NCBI GenBank assembly: GCA_963712745.1
Contig: CAVQJC010000001.1
Span: 320,001-384,000 of the forward strand
Length of the DNA: 64,000 bases
DNA from: an uncultured Chloroflexia bacterium
GTDB lineage: Bacteria; Chloroflexota; Limnocylindria; Limnocylindrales; CSP1-4
Reading direction: 5' to 3'
Made by a program: the position numbers and the translations under genes. Below the pieces are notes generated by a model. The model did not search any database and had not been told where the DNA came from. It saw only the letters and a program-made list of their open reading frames with translations. Below, piece by piece: positions 35,194 to 47,227 of this stretch (position 1 is its first letter; each line of letters opens with the position of its first letter).

Positions 35194-36037
35194 ATGCGGC
35201 GATTCCAGCAAGTGGATGTCTTCTCGCCGATGCCTCTGGGCGGCAACCCGGTGGCCGTGGTGCTCGACACGGAAGGCCTCACGAGCGCACAGATGCAACG
35301 CTTCACCAGCTGGACCAACCTGTCTGAGGCGACGTTCCTGCTGCCCCCGTCGGACCCTGCCGCCGACTATCGCGTGCGTATCTTCTACGCGGCAGGTGAG
35401 CTGGATTTCGCCGGCCATCCGACACTCGGCAGCTGCCACGCATGGCTCAGCGGCGGGCGGAACGCCCCAGACACCCGACATCATCGTGCAGGAATGCCCC
35501 CTGGGTCTGGTACGCATCCGACGGAGTGAGCGCGGTCTCGCCTTCGAGGCCCCACCGACGCAGCGCGCAGGCCCGGTCAGCCTGCGGAGCTGGACCGTTT
35601 CGCGGGCCATCCTGGGCATCGGCGCGGGGGACGTGATGGACTGTCAGTGGGTCGACAATGGACCCGGGTGGGTCGCGACTGATGCTCCGCTCAGCCGAAG
35701 ACGTGCTGGCGTTGAAGCCGGCCGCGGATGGGGGCGAGCGCGTGGACATCGGCGTCGTGGGTCCGTACCCGCACGGCGCGGAATGTGCGTATGAGGTGCG
35801 CGCCTTCTTCAGCAACGATCGCGGCGACCTGGTGGAGGATCCGGTGACGGGCAGTCTCAATGCGTCGCTCGCCCAATGGCTGGTCAGCAGTGGGCGATTC
35901 GAGGCACCCTACGTGGCCCGCCAAGGCACCGTGCTGGGTCGTTCCGGTCGGGTCCACATCAGCCAGACCGACGACGGCGCATCTGGGTGGGTGGCGATAC
36001 CCACACCATCATGGTGGGCTCGGTCGACCTCGGCTGA
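35194..36037 (+). CDS. PhzF family isomerase/epimerase (indels)
   Basis: QVDVFS..GNPVAVV, NLSEATF, FAGHPTLG, EDPVTGS. Confidence 0.88.
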
Positions 36038-36068
36038 GGCCCGTGGTCAGCCGGGTCGGCCGTGCCGA

Positions 36069-37687
36069 TCAGGTGACCTTGAACAGGATGCGGTGATGAC
36101 CACGAGCACCGTCGGGTGCGGGTCGTGAGCGTCTCAGCGGTCTGCACGTCGCCGTCTGCCGTCGGTGGTGCGCACCGTCACCTCGTGGGTGCCTGGCTGG
36201 GCGTCGTAACGCGACCTTCCACTGCACCCAGGTGGTGTCGTTGAGGGCCTCGGAGAGCTCGGCTGTCTGCCAGTCGACCGTCGTCGATCTGGACTTCCAC
36301 CTTCTCGACGCCGCGGTCCTGCGCCCAGGCCACGCCGGCGATGGCGATGGTACCGGCCTCGCACGCTGCTGCCACGTCCTGGGGACATCGATACGCGACT
36401 GTGTCAGGATCGGCCCTTCCTTGGACCAGCCCCGCGGCACCCAGTAGCCGTCGAAGTCCTCGAGCGTGGTCAGCTCGATCTCGCTCAGCCACTTGGTCGC
36501 GCTGACGTAGCCGTACAGGCCCGGGATGATGAGGCGAGCCGGATAGCCATGGTCGAGCGGCAGCGGCGCCTTGTTCATGCCCAGCGCGATCATCGGCTGA
36601 CGGTCGGGGTCCATGGCCCAGGCCGTCGGAAAGCCGCAGGTCCAGCCGTCGACCGACTTGCTGGCGATCTGGGTCGCGCCGGGCTGTACGCCCAGCCATG
36701 TCGAGCACCTCGCGCAGGTCGACACCGGTCCACAGCGCGTTGCCGATGAGCTTGCCGCCGACCTCGTTGGAGACACAGGCGATGGTGACGTACTGCTCGA
36801 TGAGCGGCATGGCTGACAGCTCGTCGTAGGTCAGGGTGACCTCACGGTCGACCATGCCACCGATCTTGAGGGTCCATTCATCCACGTTGACGCGAGGTGC
36901 GACGAGCGCCGTATCGATCAGGTAGAACTGGTCGTTGGGCGTCACGATGGGGGTGATGCCCGAGCACATCGAGCGAGGCCGTCGAAGGCACGCTCGGCGC
37001 CTGGGCCCGCGGCCACGGGCAGCTCGACGTCGACGGCTGGGCCGCCGGGACGGCTGGTGAGCAGGTTGCGCCCGACGACACCCGAAGACGATCGAGCTGA
37101 CGGCGACACCGCCACCGATCCGCAGGAAGCGCCGGCGATCCCAGTCCGGCATCGAGGCCTCGCCGACATCACGGCAGTGGCCTGCCCATCGGCCGCGTCT
37201 CCCCAGGCCGGGTTGGTCGTGGCCAGCATCAGCCGCAACGCGCCCAGGGCCACGAGCATCGAGACGACGACTGTGAGGATGGTGAGCAGCGGATCGTTGA
37301 GCGGCTGCGCGACGGCTGCCACCAGTCCGGCCGATCCCGGCGATGCTGAAGCCGACGAGCGGGATGTTCCAGTTCCTGCGACCACCCACGCCGAGCAGGC
37401 CGGCGATGAGGATGGCGCCGCCGACGATCATGATGTTGAGCACGAGCTTGTCTGCCTCACCGAACAGGTCGACGAAGATCTCCTTGCCGCCGGGTGGCTG
37501 CAGGTCGATGATCAGGTCGCCGATGGCGATGACCAGAGACGGCGCCCCGGCAACGAGGCCGGCGATCAGTTCGCCGACAGCGATACCAAGGGCGGCCGCG
37601 AGACCGCCAGCCGCGAATGCAGCCGCGTCGGCTGAACGTGAGTGGCATGACGCCGGGTGCGGACGCTGTTTGGGTCGATGTGCTCAT
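36069..37687 (-). CDS. Membrane-anchored sulfite-oxidase-family molybdoenzyme (several indels)
   Basis: TM N-terminus, DRRRFL twin-Arg-like motif, FYLIDTAL, TIACVSNEVGG, HGYPARLIIPGLYGYVSATKW, APDGARG. Confidence 0.85.
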
Positions 37688-37751
37688 GGCAGTCATTGAA
37701 GCGCACGTTCGTGACATTCCGACGACGGCACGATACGGCATACTCGCGGCC

Positions 37752-38305
37752 ATGGCCACAAGACCGCAGCGCAGCTCCAGGCGGGCATGCGCCGACGTGC
37801 TCGCCGCACCCAAGGATGTCGGGCACCGTCCGTCTCATCGTGCGCCGGCCCGGCGTGGACGAACGGGAGGTGCTCGAGACAGCGCGCCTCGAGCCAACCC
37901 ACGGGCTGGTCGGTGACGATTGGGAGCACCGCCCCGGACGCGATGGCGACGCCAGACCTGCTGTACGCGCAGCTGACCGTCATGAATGCGCGCTACGCCG
38001 AGTTGATCACTGGCTCCACGGAGCCGGAGCGATGGGCGGCGGCGGGTGACCAGCTCTATCTCGACCTGGATATCTCGGAGGCGAACTGCCGGCGGGTACA
38101 CGCCTGTCCGTCGGCACCGCCATCGATCGCGATCAGCGCCGAAGCCGCATACGGGCTGCGCCAAGTTCAGCGCGCGCTTCGGGTCCGAGGCCCTGAAGCT
38201 TGGCCAACACCAGCGCCGGCCGGGCGCTTGCGCCTGCGCGGCGCCAACGCCGCCGTCGTCGAGTCCGGCGTGGTGCGCACGGGAGACATCGTCCGCCGCA
38301 TCTAG
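37752..38305 (+). CDS. MOSC domain protein (indels)
   Basis: GTVRLIVRRP, GDQLYLDLD, PHTGCAKFSARFG, LRLRGANA; divergent from the molybdoenzyme gene. Confidence 0.82.
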
Positions 38306-38635
38306 GGTCCCGTGCTGGCCGATCGGCGAGCGTGGCTGTGGCCGCCGCTGGGACGTCGCTTCCGCGCATCGGTGTTCGTGACCGCAGGCCGGATGTCGGC
38401 GTCTGGACCGCGAACAGGCGAATGAGACGAGTCTGTAGGACAGCTGTCCCTCATGGCGGTGGGACAGCGGCAGCCGCCGGGCGACGACGGACGCTGTATC
38501 ACGTGATTCCCGGCAGTTCGGCGGGCGTGGCCGTGGTGGCGGCTTCCATGGCACTTGACGCACAGTCCACAATCGAGCCAAGCCAAGACCCTGAGGGGCG
38601 ATGCACGGGTCTTGGTGAGCGGGAGGAAACGCTCG

Positions 38636-38932
38636 ATGGCCAGTCCACCTCCGATCCTGGCGACCGTACTACGTCAGCCGGCGCCGAACGCGGTCTGCAC
38701 CTGCGAGCATTCGCTCGACTGCGACTGTGCTTGTCACGACCGGCACTGCGATATATCTCAGGTCGCCTGCCACACGGACTACCTGCCCGATGAGGGCGGG
38801 CTGACGGCCTGGGGTTGCCCCGCCTGCACACCAGGCCAGGGCGCCCTCCACTATCTCGGCTGCGAACTGATGGGCTGGAACGTTCCGATGCCCATGCCAG
38901 GCAGTGGCGGGTTGGGTCTGGCATTCGCCTGA
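38636..38932 (+). CDS. Small Cys/His-rich hypothetical protein (98 aa)
   Basis: GGAGG SD at 38622-38626; CTCEH, CDCACH, HC and CPAC motifs. Confidence 0.6.
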   Translation: MASPPPILATVLRQPAPNAVCTCEHSLDCDCACHDRHCDISQVACHTDYLPDEGGLTAWGCPACTPGQGALHYLGCELMGWNVPMPMPGSGGLGLAFA

Positions 38933-38978
38933 CAGCGCCGTGGCAGGCACGTGCATGCCATCGGCGTGGCTCTTACCT

Positions 38979-39941
38979 CTAGACCTCAGCAGCGGGACTG
39001 GATGCCTCGGCGCGGGAAGCCAGGCGTGCCTCGTCGGTGGCCTCGTAGCGTAGCGCGATACGGCCCACCACGACGACTACGGCGAAGGCGATGATGGCAC
39101 CGGCGATGGCCAAGACGACGTCACCGTCGGGTGCGCCCAGTTCCGTCGAATCGACGCCATTCGGCCACGGCCAGAGGACGCGCACCGATCCGGCCATCAA
39201 GCCGATGAGCGCCGCGAGCATGTTGTCGTGATGGTGCTGCAGGGCGTGATGCAGCAGCTGCGAGAACAGCGCCAGTCCGACGACAGCGCCAAGCATGAAC
39301 ACGCCCAGCACCGCGAAGTCGCGGTCGGTCGCGGCAGCCAGGACAGGCCCATACATACCCATCAACACGAGCAGGAATGAACCCGACACGCCCGGCAGGA
39401 TCATGGCGCAGATCGCGATCGCCCCAGCGATGAAGAACGCCCACAAAGCCGGCTGCGAGATCTGACCGACCGTCTCCTCGCTGGTGCCGCCCTGCAAACC
39501 CAGCGCCACGAAGGTGACCAACCCAACACCTGCCACGACCGCGATATGGAATGGCCGAGGTGCACGCATCAGACGCCAGGCCACGACCACCGATCCGGCC
39601 ACGAGGCCAAGGAAGATGGCTGCCATCAGCTCGGCCTCATCGTGCAGCAGACGCTGCAGGATGCCCGCGAGGACGGCCACGGCGATCAGGATGCCGGCAC
39701 CGAGCGGCACGATCAGGGCCCACTCCACCGTGGACATCCATGTGCGGAACCCGCTCGTGTCGGCCTTGAGCAGGAGGCCCAGGGCTTTCGAACCGGCCCT
39801 GATCGATGCGATCAGGCGCTCGTAGATTCCGAGCACCAGGGCGACCGTCCCGCCGGACACACCGGGCACGATGTCGGCGGCGCCCATGGCAAAGCCACGC
39901 ACGACGTTGAGGACGACGGTGACGAGCATGGCAGCGAGCAT
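38979..39941 (-). CDS. DUF368 family (undecaprenyl-phosphate translocase-like) membrane protein
   Basis: MGAADIVPGVSGGTVAL and AMILPGVSGS repeats. Confidence 0.9.
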   Translation of the reverse strand: MLAAMLVTVVLNVVRGFAMGAADIVPGVSGGTVALVLGIYERLIASIRAGSKALGLLLKADTSGFRTWMSTVEWALIVPLGAGILIAVAVLAGILQRLLHDEAELMAAIFLGLVAGSVVVAWRLMRAPRPFHIAVVAGVGLVTFVALGLQGGTSEETVGQISQPALWAFFIAGAIAICAMILPGVSGSFLLVLMGMYGPVLAAATDRDFAVLGVFMLGAVVGLALFSQLLHHALQHHHDNMLAALIGLMAGSVRVLWPWPNGVDSTELGAPDGDVVLAIAGAIIAFAVVVVVGRIALRYEATDEARLASRAEASSPAAEV

Positions 39942-40022
39942 AGCGTTCTGCGAGGCGCTCGTTGACCGGACCGCTGCGCAGGCTTTGTGATCGCAGACCT
40001 GGGGGCCTGGTCGTGCTTTAGG

Positions 40023-40271
40023 TCATGGCTCGCGGCGGTGCTCATCGACCGGCCGGAGCAGGATCACTCCGACCCCGAATAGCGCTACGCCCAGCCACAT
40101 CGCAGCCTGCGGCCTGGCCACGCCGCGCTCCGGCCCTCCCACGAGGTCCATCAAGGTGCCGCCAACGGCCAGGAAGATCGATGTCAGGCCCAGCCCATTT
40201 GGCGAGACTCGCAGGAGCTGCGTACCCGGGAGTCGCTGGATGGGTCGCGCGCTGGCTGCGGCGACGGCCAT
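40023..40271 (-). CDS. Small two-TM hypothetical protein
   Basis: 82-aa ORF with two hydrophobic segments, co-oriented with its neighbours. Confidence 0.55.
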   Translation of the reverse strand: MAVAAASARPIQRLPGTQLLRVSPNGLGLTSIFLAVGGTLMDLVGGPERGVARPQAAMWLGVALFGVGVILLRPVDEHRREP

Positions 40272-40286
40272 GATCTAGCCCGGCGA

Positions 40287-41324
40287 TCAGCGCTTCAGCG
40301 CGGCCCGATCGCGCGTCTTACGCGGGGTCTGCGCACTAGCGCGAGAACCGGCCTCCGGAATCGGCTTGACGTGGCCCCCGACCGGCAGGACCACCACCGG
40401 CTCCTGCCCGGGTCCCGAGATCGCCTCGACCACCTCTTCCGGCCAAAGCACCTGGGCAGATGGCACCAGCCGCGCTGCCGATGCGACGTGTGCATGCTGG
40501 TCATCGAAGAAGATATGGGCCCCGAACGCAGCCAGCACGTCGGTCTTCTCGACGCCCCCGAGGAAGTAGGTCTCGTCGATACGAACGCCCCATTGGCGCA
40601 ACGTATTGATGACGCGCAGGTGGGCCGGCGCGCCACGTGCGGTCACGAGCGCGGTACGGATGGGCGAGATGCCCTCGAAGCGGGCCTGGATACGCGCGAG
40701 GCCATCGAGGAACGGCCGGAATGGCCCGGGCGCCATGGCCCGATCCGCGTGCCGCGATTCATACGCATGGAAGGCCTCGAGGCCTTCTTCGTCGAAGAGA
40801 CGCTGCGACTCGGCATCGAAGAGCACGGCATCACCGTCGAACGCGATGCGAACCTCCGAAAGGTCCTCATCGAGGGCCTCCTGCGGCGGCGTCATGATCA
40901 GCGCTGCGGGCACGCCCTGCTCGCGAGCCTGAAGCACCTGGCTCGCCTCGGCGCTCAGGAAGATATCGCAGCTCAGCGCTGACAGGAACGAGAGCGGATC
41001 GCGCCCGCCGCGGAAGACTCCGCGGCTGATGTCCAGGCCATGTGCCTCGATCGAGCGGAAGACACGCATGGCGGAATCGGCGTCGTTGCGCGAGAAGATG
41101 ATGACCTCGACCAGGTGATCGCCGGCCCGTTCGTTCACCGCGAGCAGGCCCTTGACCAGCGGGAACGCCGTGCCCGGCGAGAGGATCTCGTGCTCGTGTG
41201 AATGCTGGAATTCGCGATATGCGCTCAGGCCTTCACGCTCGTAGACGGCGTTCGCCTCACTCAGGTCGAAGAGCGCTCGCGACGAGATCCCGACGACCAA
41301 CTTGTCCTGGAGATCAAGGGGCAT
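40287..41324 (-). CDS. 5'-nucleotidase (cN-I-like family)
   Basis: GISSRALFD, RIAFDGDAVLF, TALVTAR, HIFFDDQ. Confidence 0.92.
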   Translation of the reverse strand: MPLDLQDKLVVGISSRALFDLSEANAVYEREGLSAYREFQHSHEHEILSPGTAFPLVKGLLAVNERAGDHLVEVIIFSRNDADSAMRVFRSIEAHGLDISRGVFRGGRDPLSFLSALSCDIFLSAEASQVLQAREQGVPAALIMTPPQEALDEDLSEVRIAFDGDAVLFDAESQRLFDEEGLEAFHAYESRHADRAMAPGPFRPFLDGLARIQARFEGISPIRTALVTARGAPAHLRVINTLRQWGVRIDETYFLGGVEKTDVLAAFGAHIFFDDQHAHVASAARLVPSAQVLWPEEVVEAISGPGQEPVVVLPVGGHVKPIPEAGSRASAQTPRKTRDRAALKR

Positions 41325-41446
41325 TGGCTCTGGGTCCGACTACGGCACTGGGTAGTGCCAGTCTAGGCCAAGCGCTGCCATCGATGAACCCCCCATCAGG
41401 TGGCGTATGCCGTCAACCACGGTCCTGCGAAGAGCACGCATCGTGG

Positions 41447-42143
41447 CTACTCGCGGATGTTCTGACGGTCTACGGAGGTGACCTCGCCGCGGAAGTATTC
41501 CCAGGGCCCATCCTTGCGCTCATAGGTCGCGACTACGGTCGAAGGGATACGCACACCGCCGAATTCGCGCGGCTGACCGAAATCACAGCGCCAGGGGGCC
41601 AAAGCAAAGCCGTCGGGCACGTCGTACGGTCGCGCCTTGCTGGTTGCGCGCACGACGTCGCCGCGCGCATCGATGTCGAAGCGCACCGAGACCGGGCGCG
41701 AACCGGCTGCGTGACTGATCTCGAAGGCATCCTTGCCGGCAGCGGTCCACTTCAGGCTTGGTTCCGCTCGCGCCAGATCTGGCACCCAGGCCAGTTCTGC
41801 GAGGCTACGGATGACTTGCATCGTCAGCACCTCGGGTCCCTCGCGCTGGCCCAACGACTTGATGCCGTAGAGCCAGGCGCCACCCCAACCGCGGTCGGCG
41901 GCATGGCCGTCCTTGACCAGGATCCACAGGGCTGTCTTGAGACGCAGCCGTCCGCGCCAGTCGTACGAGAACGGGCGTGCCTCGTACGTGCCGGTCGACT
42001 TGAACGAGAGCCAGCGATCCTGCGCATCCATCTCCCCTTGCTCACCCACCCAGATGCGCTCAGGACTGGGGGCATCCGGGGCGATGACGCTGTCGAGCCA
42101 ACGCTGCGCCGCTGCCGGCAGCTTCGCTGGCATCTCGCGCTCG

Positions 42144-42151
<8 letters not shown>
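41447..42151 (-). CDS. Conserved hypothetical protein (DUF6544-like)
   Basis: LPAAAQRWL, LAELAWVP, FGGVRIPS patterns; overlaps the glnS stop. Confidence 0.6.
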
Positions 42152-43876
<1,725 letters not shown>

Positions 43877-44036
43877 AAGGGCAGCAGGGACAGATGTCGA
43901 GCCGGGTCGGTAGCAGGCGGGCGCCGGATCCGGATCTGGCTCACGGCGCGATGCGATGGCTCGCCGTCACTACGTGCTGCGAGGCTAGCACAGGGCACGT
44001 CGTGGCTCGGGGTTGTGAGGACTACGTGAGTGCAGC

Positions 44037-44459
44037 CTATGCCTGGAGGAGGATCCATAGCGGCGCGTCAGACGACACCCGATCACTGGTGGCATGCTCG
44101 AGCACATCCCGAAGCATGGCGCGATCCGCGGCGGTGCCCATCGAGGGAGAGCTGCCGCCGAGCACGGCGATGACATATCCGCGCTGCCGTGACGGTAACC
44201 AGGAGAGGTCGCGCAGGGCATCATCGAGGGCATCCCAGTTGTGCCCGAACCAGCCAGGAAACCGCAGCTGCTGCGCGAAGGCAGCCAGGACGCCCGCCTT
44301 GTCGATGACCCCGCTGAGGTCGATCAGTGCCGTCGACCAACCAGCGGCGTCGAATTGGTCCAGGAGCCTGACCATGTCCACCTCGACCCCAACGTCATGG
44401 GCGCCCGGGTCGAGCTCGCTTAGGCCCGCCGGCCACGCCGCTTCGCCAGGTGTGGTCAC
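44037..44459 (-). CDS. Barstar-family ribonuclease inhibitor
   Basis: FPGWFGHNWDALDDALRDL; GTGA overlap with the RNase stop. Confidence 0.88.
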   Translation of the reverse strand: MTTPGEAAWPAGLSELDPGAHDVGVEVDMVRLLDQFDAAGWSTALIDLSGVIDKAGVLAAFAQQLRFPGWFGHNWDALDDALRDLSWLPSRQRGYVIAVLGGSSPSMGTAADRAMLRDVLEHATSDRVSSDAPLWILLQA

Positions 44460-44902
44460 GGTTCCACGAACCGAAATGAGTCGTAGTGGTCGTCGGTGTA
44501 GTACAGGACCGAGCCAGCCTCGACGACGAGTCGCCGCGCCCCGCGATCTGACGACCCGGGTGTCTCGACGGTGTACTCGCGATAAGCGCCCTGCTGGCGG
44601 CCCGGCAGGAGGCCCTCGCGGTTCTGGAAGGCGGCCCCATCCTGCCGATACGGAAACGGTCCACCGGCAGCGATGAGCGCGAGTACCTCGATCGCTTCGG
44701 GTGGCAAGTCTGCCATCGCGACGCTGGCACCGCGCCAGTCGGACGCTGCTTGCGTGGCCCAAGGCCCCCCGGCAGCATCAGCGCCAGCGCTCCCGCTCGC
44801 GTCCGGGTCAGCACAGGCTGAGACGATGAGCATGAACAGCAACGCGACCATGGAGAACAGTCGGAGGTGACGGTTTCCGTTCGCGGACGACCGGTACGAC
44901 AC
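44456..44902 (-). CDS. Guanyl-specific ribonuclease (barnase/RNase Sa family), probable lipoprotein; start uncertain
   Basis: GGPFPYRQDG, FQNREGLLP, YREYTV, RGARRLV, YYTDDHYDSF; IVSA-C lipobox-like sequence. Confidence 0.88.
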   Translation of the reverse strand: MSYRSSANGNRHLRLFSMVALLFMLIVSACADPDASGSAGADAAGGPWATQAASDWRGASVAMADLPPEAIEVLALIAAGGPFPYRQDGAAFQNREGLLPGRQQGAYREYTVETPGSSDRGARRLVVEAGSVLYYTDDHYDSFRFVEP

Positions 44903-44975
44903 GATGGGCCTTCTAGTGCTGGTGCGTGCTACTGCTGGTGCGTGCCAGACCGGCAGCGACGGTCGGACTTGCACA

Positions 44976-45974
44976 TCAGTCGCGCGCGGTGGGGTTGACC
45001 GCATTCCGGGGGCGCCCACCATCGAGGACACGCAAGGCTTCATCGGCACTGAACAGGGCCAGTTCGCGCTTGGCCTCGAGCGAGTACCAGGCCACGTGGC
45101 CTGTCACGAAGACGTTGTCCCGCTGCAGGATGGGGCGACTCAGATCGGGGTCAGGTTCATCCTCGAGTACATCGAGGCCAGCCGCAGAGACGCGGCCATC
45201 CTCCAGCGCGGCCTCGAGAGCATCGATGTCGATGAGTCCACCACGGCTGGTGTTGACCACGACCAGGCCGGGCTTCGCAAGGTCGAGGCGTCGCGTGTCG
45301 ACGAGGTGGTACGTCTCCGGCACGAGCGGGCAATGCAGCGTGATCGCGTCGGCTGTCGCGAACAACTCCTCGAGCCCGAGCGGCTCTGCACCCCTCTCCT
45401 GGATGACTTCGGCCGACAGCCCAGCGTCATGGCCGACGACGCGCCAGCCGAATGCGGCCGCTCGCCTTGCCACCGATGCTCCGATGCGCCCCAGGCCGAT
45501 CACTCCGAGGACTCGCTCGGATGCTCGATGCACCGGCGGCAGCGCCTCATAGCGCAACCAGCCGCGGCCCTCTCGCCAGAGACCCAGCGAGGCATCCAGG
45601 CGCCGGGTCGTCGCGAGCAGCAGCAACATGGTGTGATCGGCCACCTCATCGGCGCAGTAGTCGGGTACGTTGGCGACCCAGATGCCGCGCTGCGTGGCCG
45701 CGTCGACATCGATGAGGTCATAGCCGATGCCGACCCGCACGATGAGACGCGCTTGCAGCAACTCCCGCATCTCCGCCTCTCCCAGGGCCCTGGCACCGTC
45801 GAGGATGACGCTGGAAGTGGCTGCGGCCTTCACGGCCTCGGCGGTCGAGGCGCCATCGGGCACGACGTTCACCTCTACGCCGGCCTCACGCAATCGTTCG
45901 ATGCCGGGCGCCAGTAGTTCGCGAGAGTCGACGACAGCGACCCTGCGTTCCATGGCATCGTCGGGCTGGTTCAT
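44976..45974 (-). CDS. D-isomer 2-hydroxyacid dehydrogenase (CtBP-like)
   Basis: GIGYDLID, NVPDYCADEVADH, GLGRIG, NTSRG, LDVLEDEP, HVAWYS. Confidence 0.9.
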   Translation of the reverse strand: MNQPDDAMERRVAVVDSRELLAPGIERLREAGVEVNVVPDGASTAEAVKAAATSSVILDGARALGEAEMRELLQARLIVRVGIGYDLIDVDAATQRGIWVANVPDYCADEVADHTMLLLLATTRRLDASLGLWREGRGWLRYEALPPVHRASERVLGVIGLGRIGASVARRAAAFGWRVVGHDAGLSAEVIQERGAEPLGLEELFATADAITLHCPLVPETYHLVDTRRLDLAKPGLVVVNTSRGGLIDIDALEAALEDGRVSAAGLDVLEDEPDPDLSRPILQRDNVFVTGHVAWYSLEAKRELALFSADEALRVLDGGRPRNAVNPTARD

Positions 45975-46193
45975 GATGGGTCTCCTGCGTGCGGCGCGGA
46001 AGCAAGCTTATCCTTCGATCCGAGGAGACATCCGCCTGGCGTCATACGGTCATCGCCCAGACTGCATGAACGCCTGAATGGCCCGGGCTGGCAGCCGTGC
46101 CACGGCGAGACGTTCCCTAGACAACGCGCGGCCGATGAGTCACGCCTGCACCCTACAGTCAGCACTGCTGACGTGACACATGAATGAACGCAA

Positions 46194-46643
46194 TTGATGG
46201 AGTTGCCGATGCCAGTGATCACTGACGTGTGCCTCGTGACGCGGGACCTTGACGCAGCCGTAGCGTTCTACTCCCAAAGACTCGGTTTTGAGCTGGCCTC
46301 CCGGATGCCCGGGTTCGCCGATTTCAGCAGCGAGGGTGTCACGCTTGCCCTCTGGGACGCCCAGGCCATCCGCGAGGCCACTGGCGTACCGGCTCAGGTG
46401 ATCGAGCCAGACGGCCATGGGGTCATGATCGCCCGGGAGCTGGCGCTGCCGTCGGCCGTCGACGACAAGTACCACGAGCTGTCGTCCCGTGGCGTCGAGT
46501 TCTATGGCCCGCCCAGGGACTATCCGTGGAATGCGCGCGCCATCTACCTGGCGGGTGTGTGTGGGGAATTCTGGGAGTTCTACGCCTGGAACGAGGGGGG
46601 CAAGCATGGGCACCTTCTCGCGCGAGACCCTGCCGTCAGCTAG
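46194..46643 (+). CDS. VOC/glyoxalase family protein
   Basis: DLDAAVAFY..LGF, PPRDYPWNARAIY. Confidence 0.82.
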   Translation: MMELPMPVITDVCLVTRDLDAAVAFYSQRLGFELASRMPGFADFSSEGVTLALWDAQAIREATGVPAQVIEPDGHGVMIARELALPSAVDDKYHELSSRGVEFYGPPRDYPWNARAIYLAGVCGEFWEFYAWNEGGKHGHLLARDPAVS

Positions 46644-46691
46644 CCGAGCCGAGCGTATCGACGACCGAGCCAGAGAGGTACCCGTCCCGAT

Positions 46692-47057
46692 ATGGCCACC
46701 GATTCCTTCGAAGAAGCCCTGGACGCGGCCATCGAGGCATTGCCTGCACCATATCGCCAAGAGCTCGCAAGCGTCGCCATCGTCATCCAGGATGAGCCAG
46801 ACGCAGTGCAGCTCGCCAGCGTGCATGCGCGTGGCCTGTTCGGCCTGTACGAGGGCGTGCCGCGCACCGCGTATGGTGCCCGCGGCATGCCGGTGGCCAG
46901 CAAGATCACCCTCTTCCGCGGACCGCTCATGCGCGCGTATCGAGGGCACGACGCCCTCGTCGAGGGCGTGCGCGAGACGCTCGATCACGAGGTCGGACAC
47001 CATCTGGGCATCAGCGACGCTCGGCTACGTGAGCTGAAGGCCAAGCACGGCGCATGA
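46692..47057 (+). CDS. Minimal zincin metallopeptidase (DUF1025-like)
   Basis: LFGLYEGVP, ITLFRGP, HEVGHHLG. Confidence 0.88.
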   Translation: MATDSFEEALDAAIEALPAPYRQELASVAIVIQDEPDAVQLASVHARGLFGLYEGVPRTAYGARGMPVASKITLFRGPLMRAYRGHDALVEGVRETLDHEVGHHLGISDARLRELKAKHGA

Positions 47058-47227
47058 ACCAGTCTGGCTGTTCCACGGACGTCGACATCGAGTCCGATGC
47101 TGGCGAGATCGCGGCGTACCCGAAGGCTGGAGGCTTCGCGTTCGGGCGCAGCACACCTGCGTGGTGCGCTCCTGGCCAAACGCCGACCCACGCAGTGTTG
47201 AGGCAGACCGACGCAAGAAGGTTGGGA

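Noticed and set aside
44976-45974. Phosphite dehydrogenase PtxD partner of the PhnD-like transporter
   Set aside because: Motifs are CtBP-like (NVPDYCADEVADH, HVAWYS), and the gene lies over 12 kb from the transporter.
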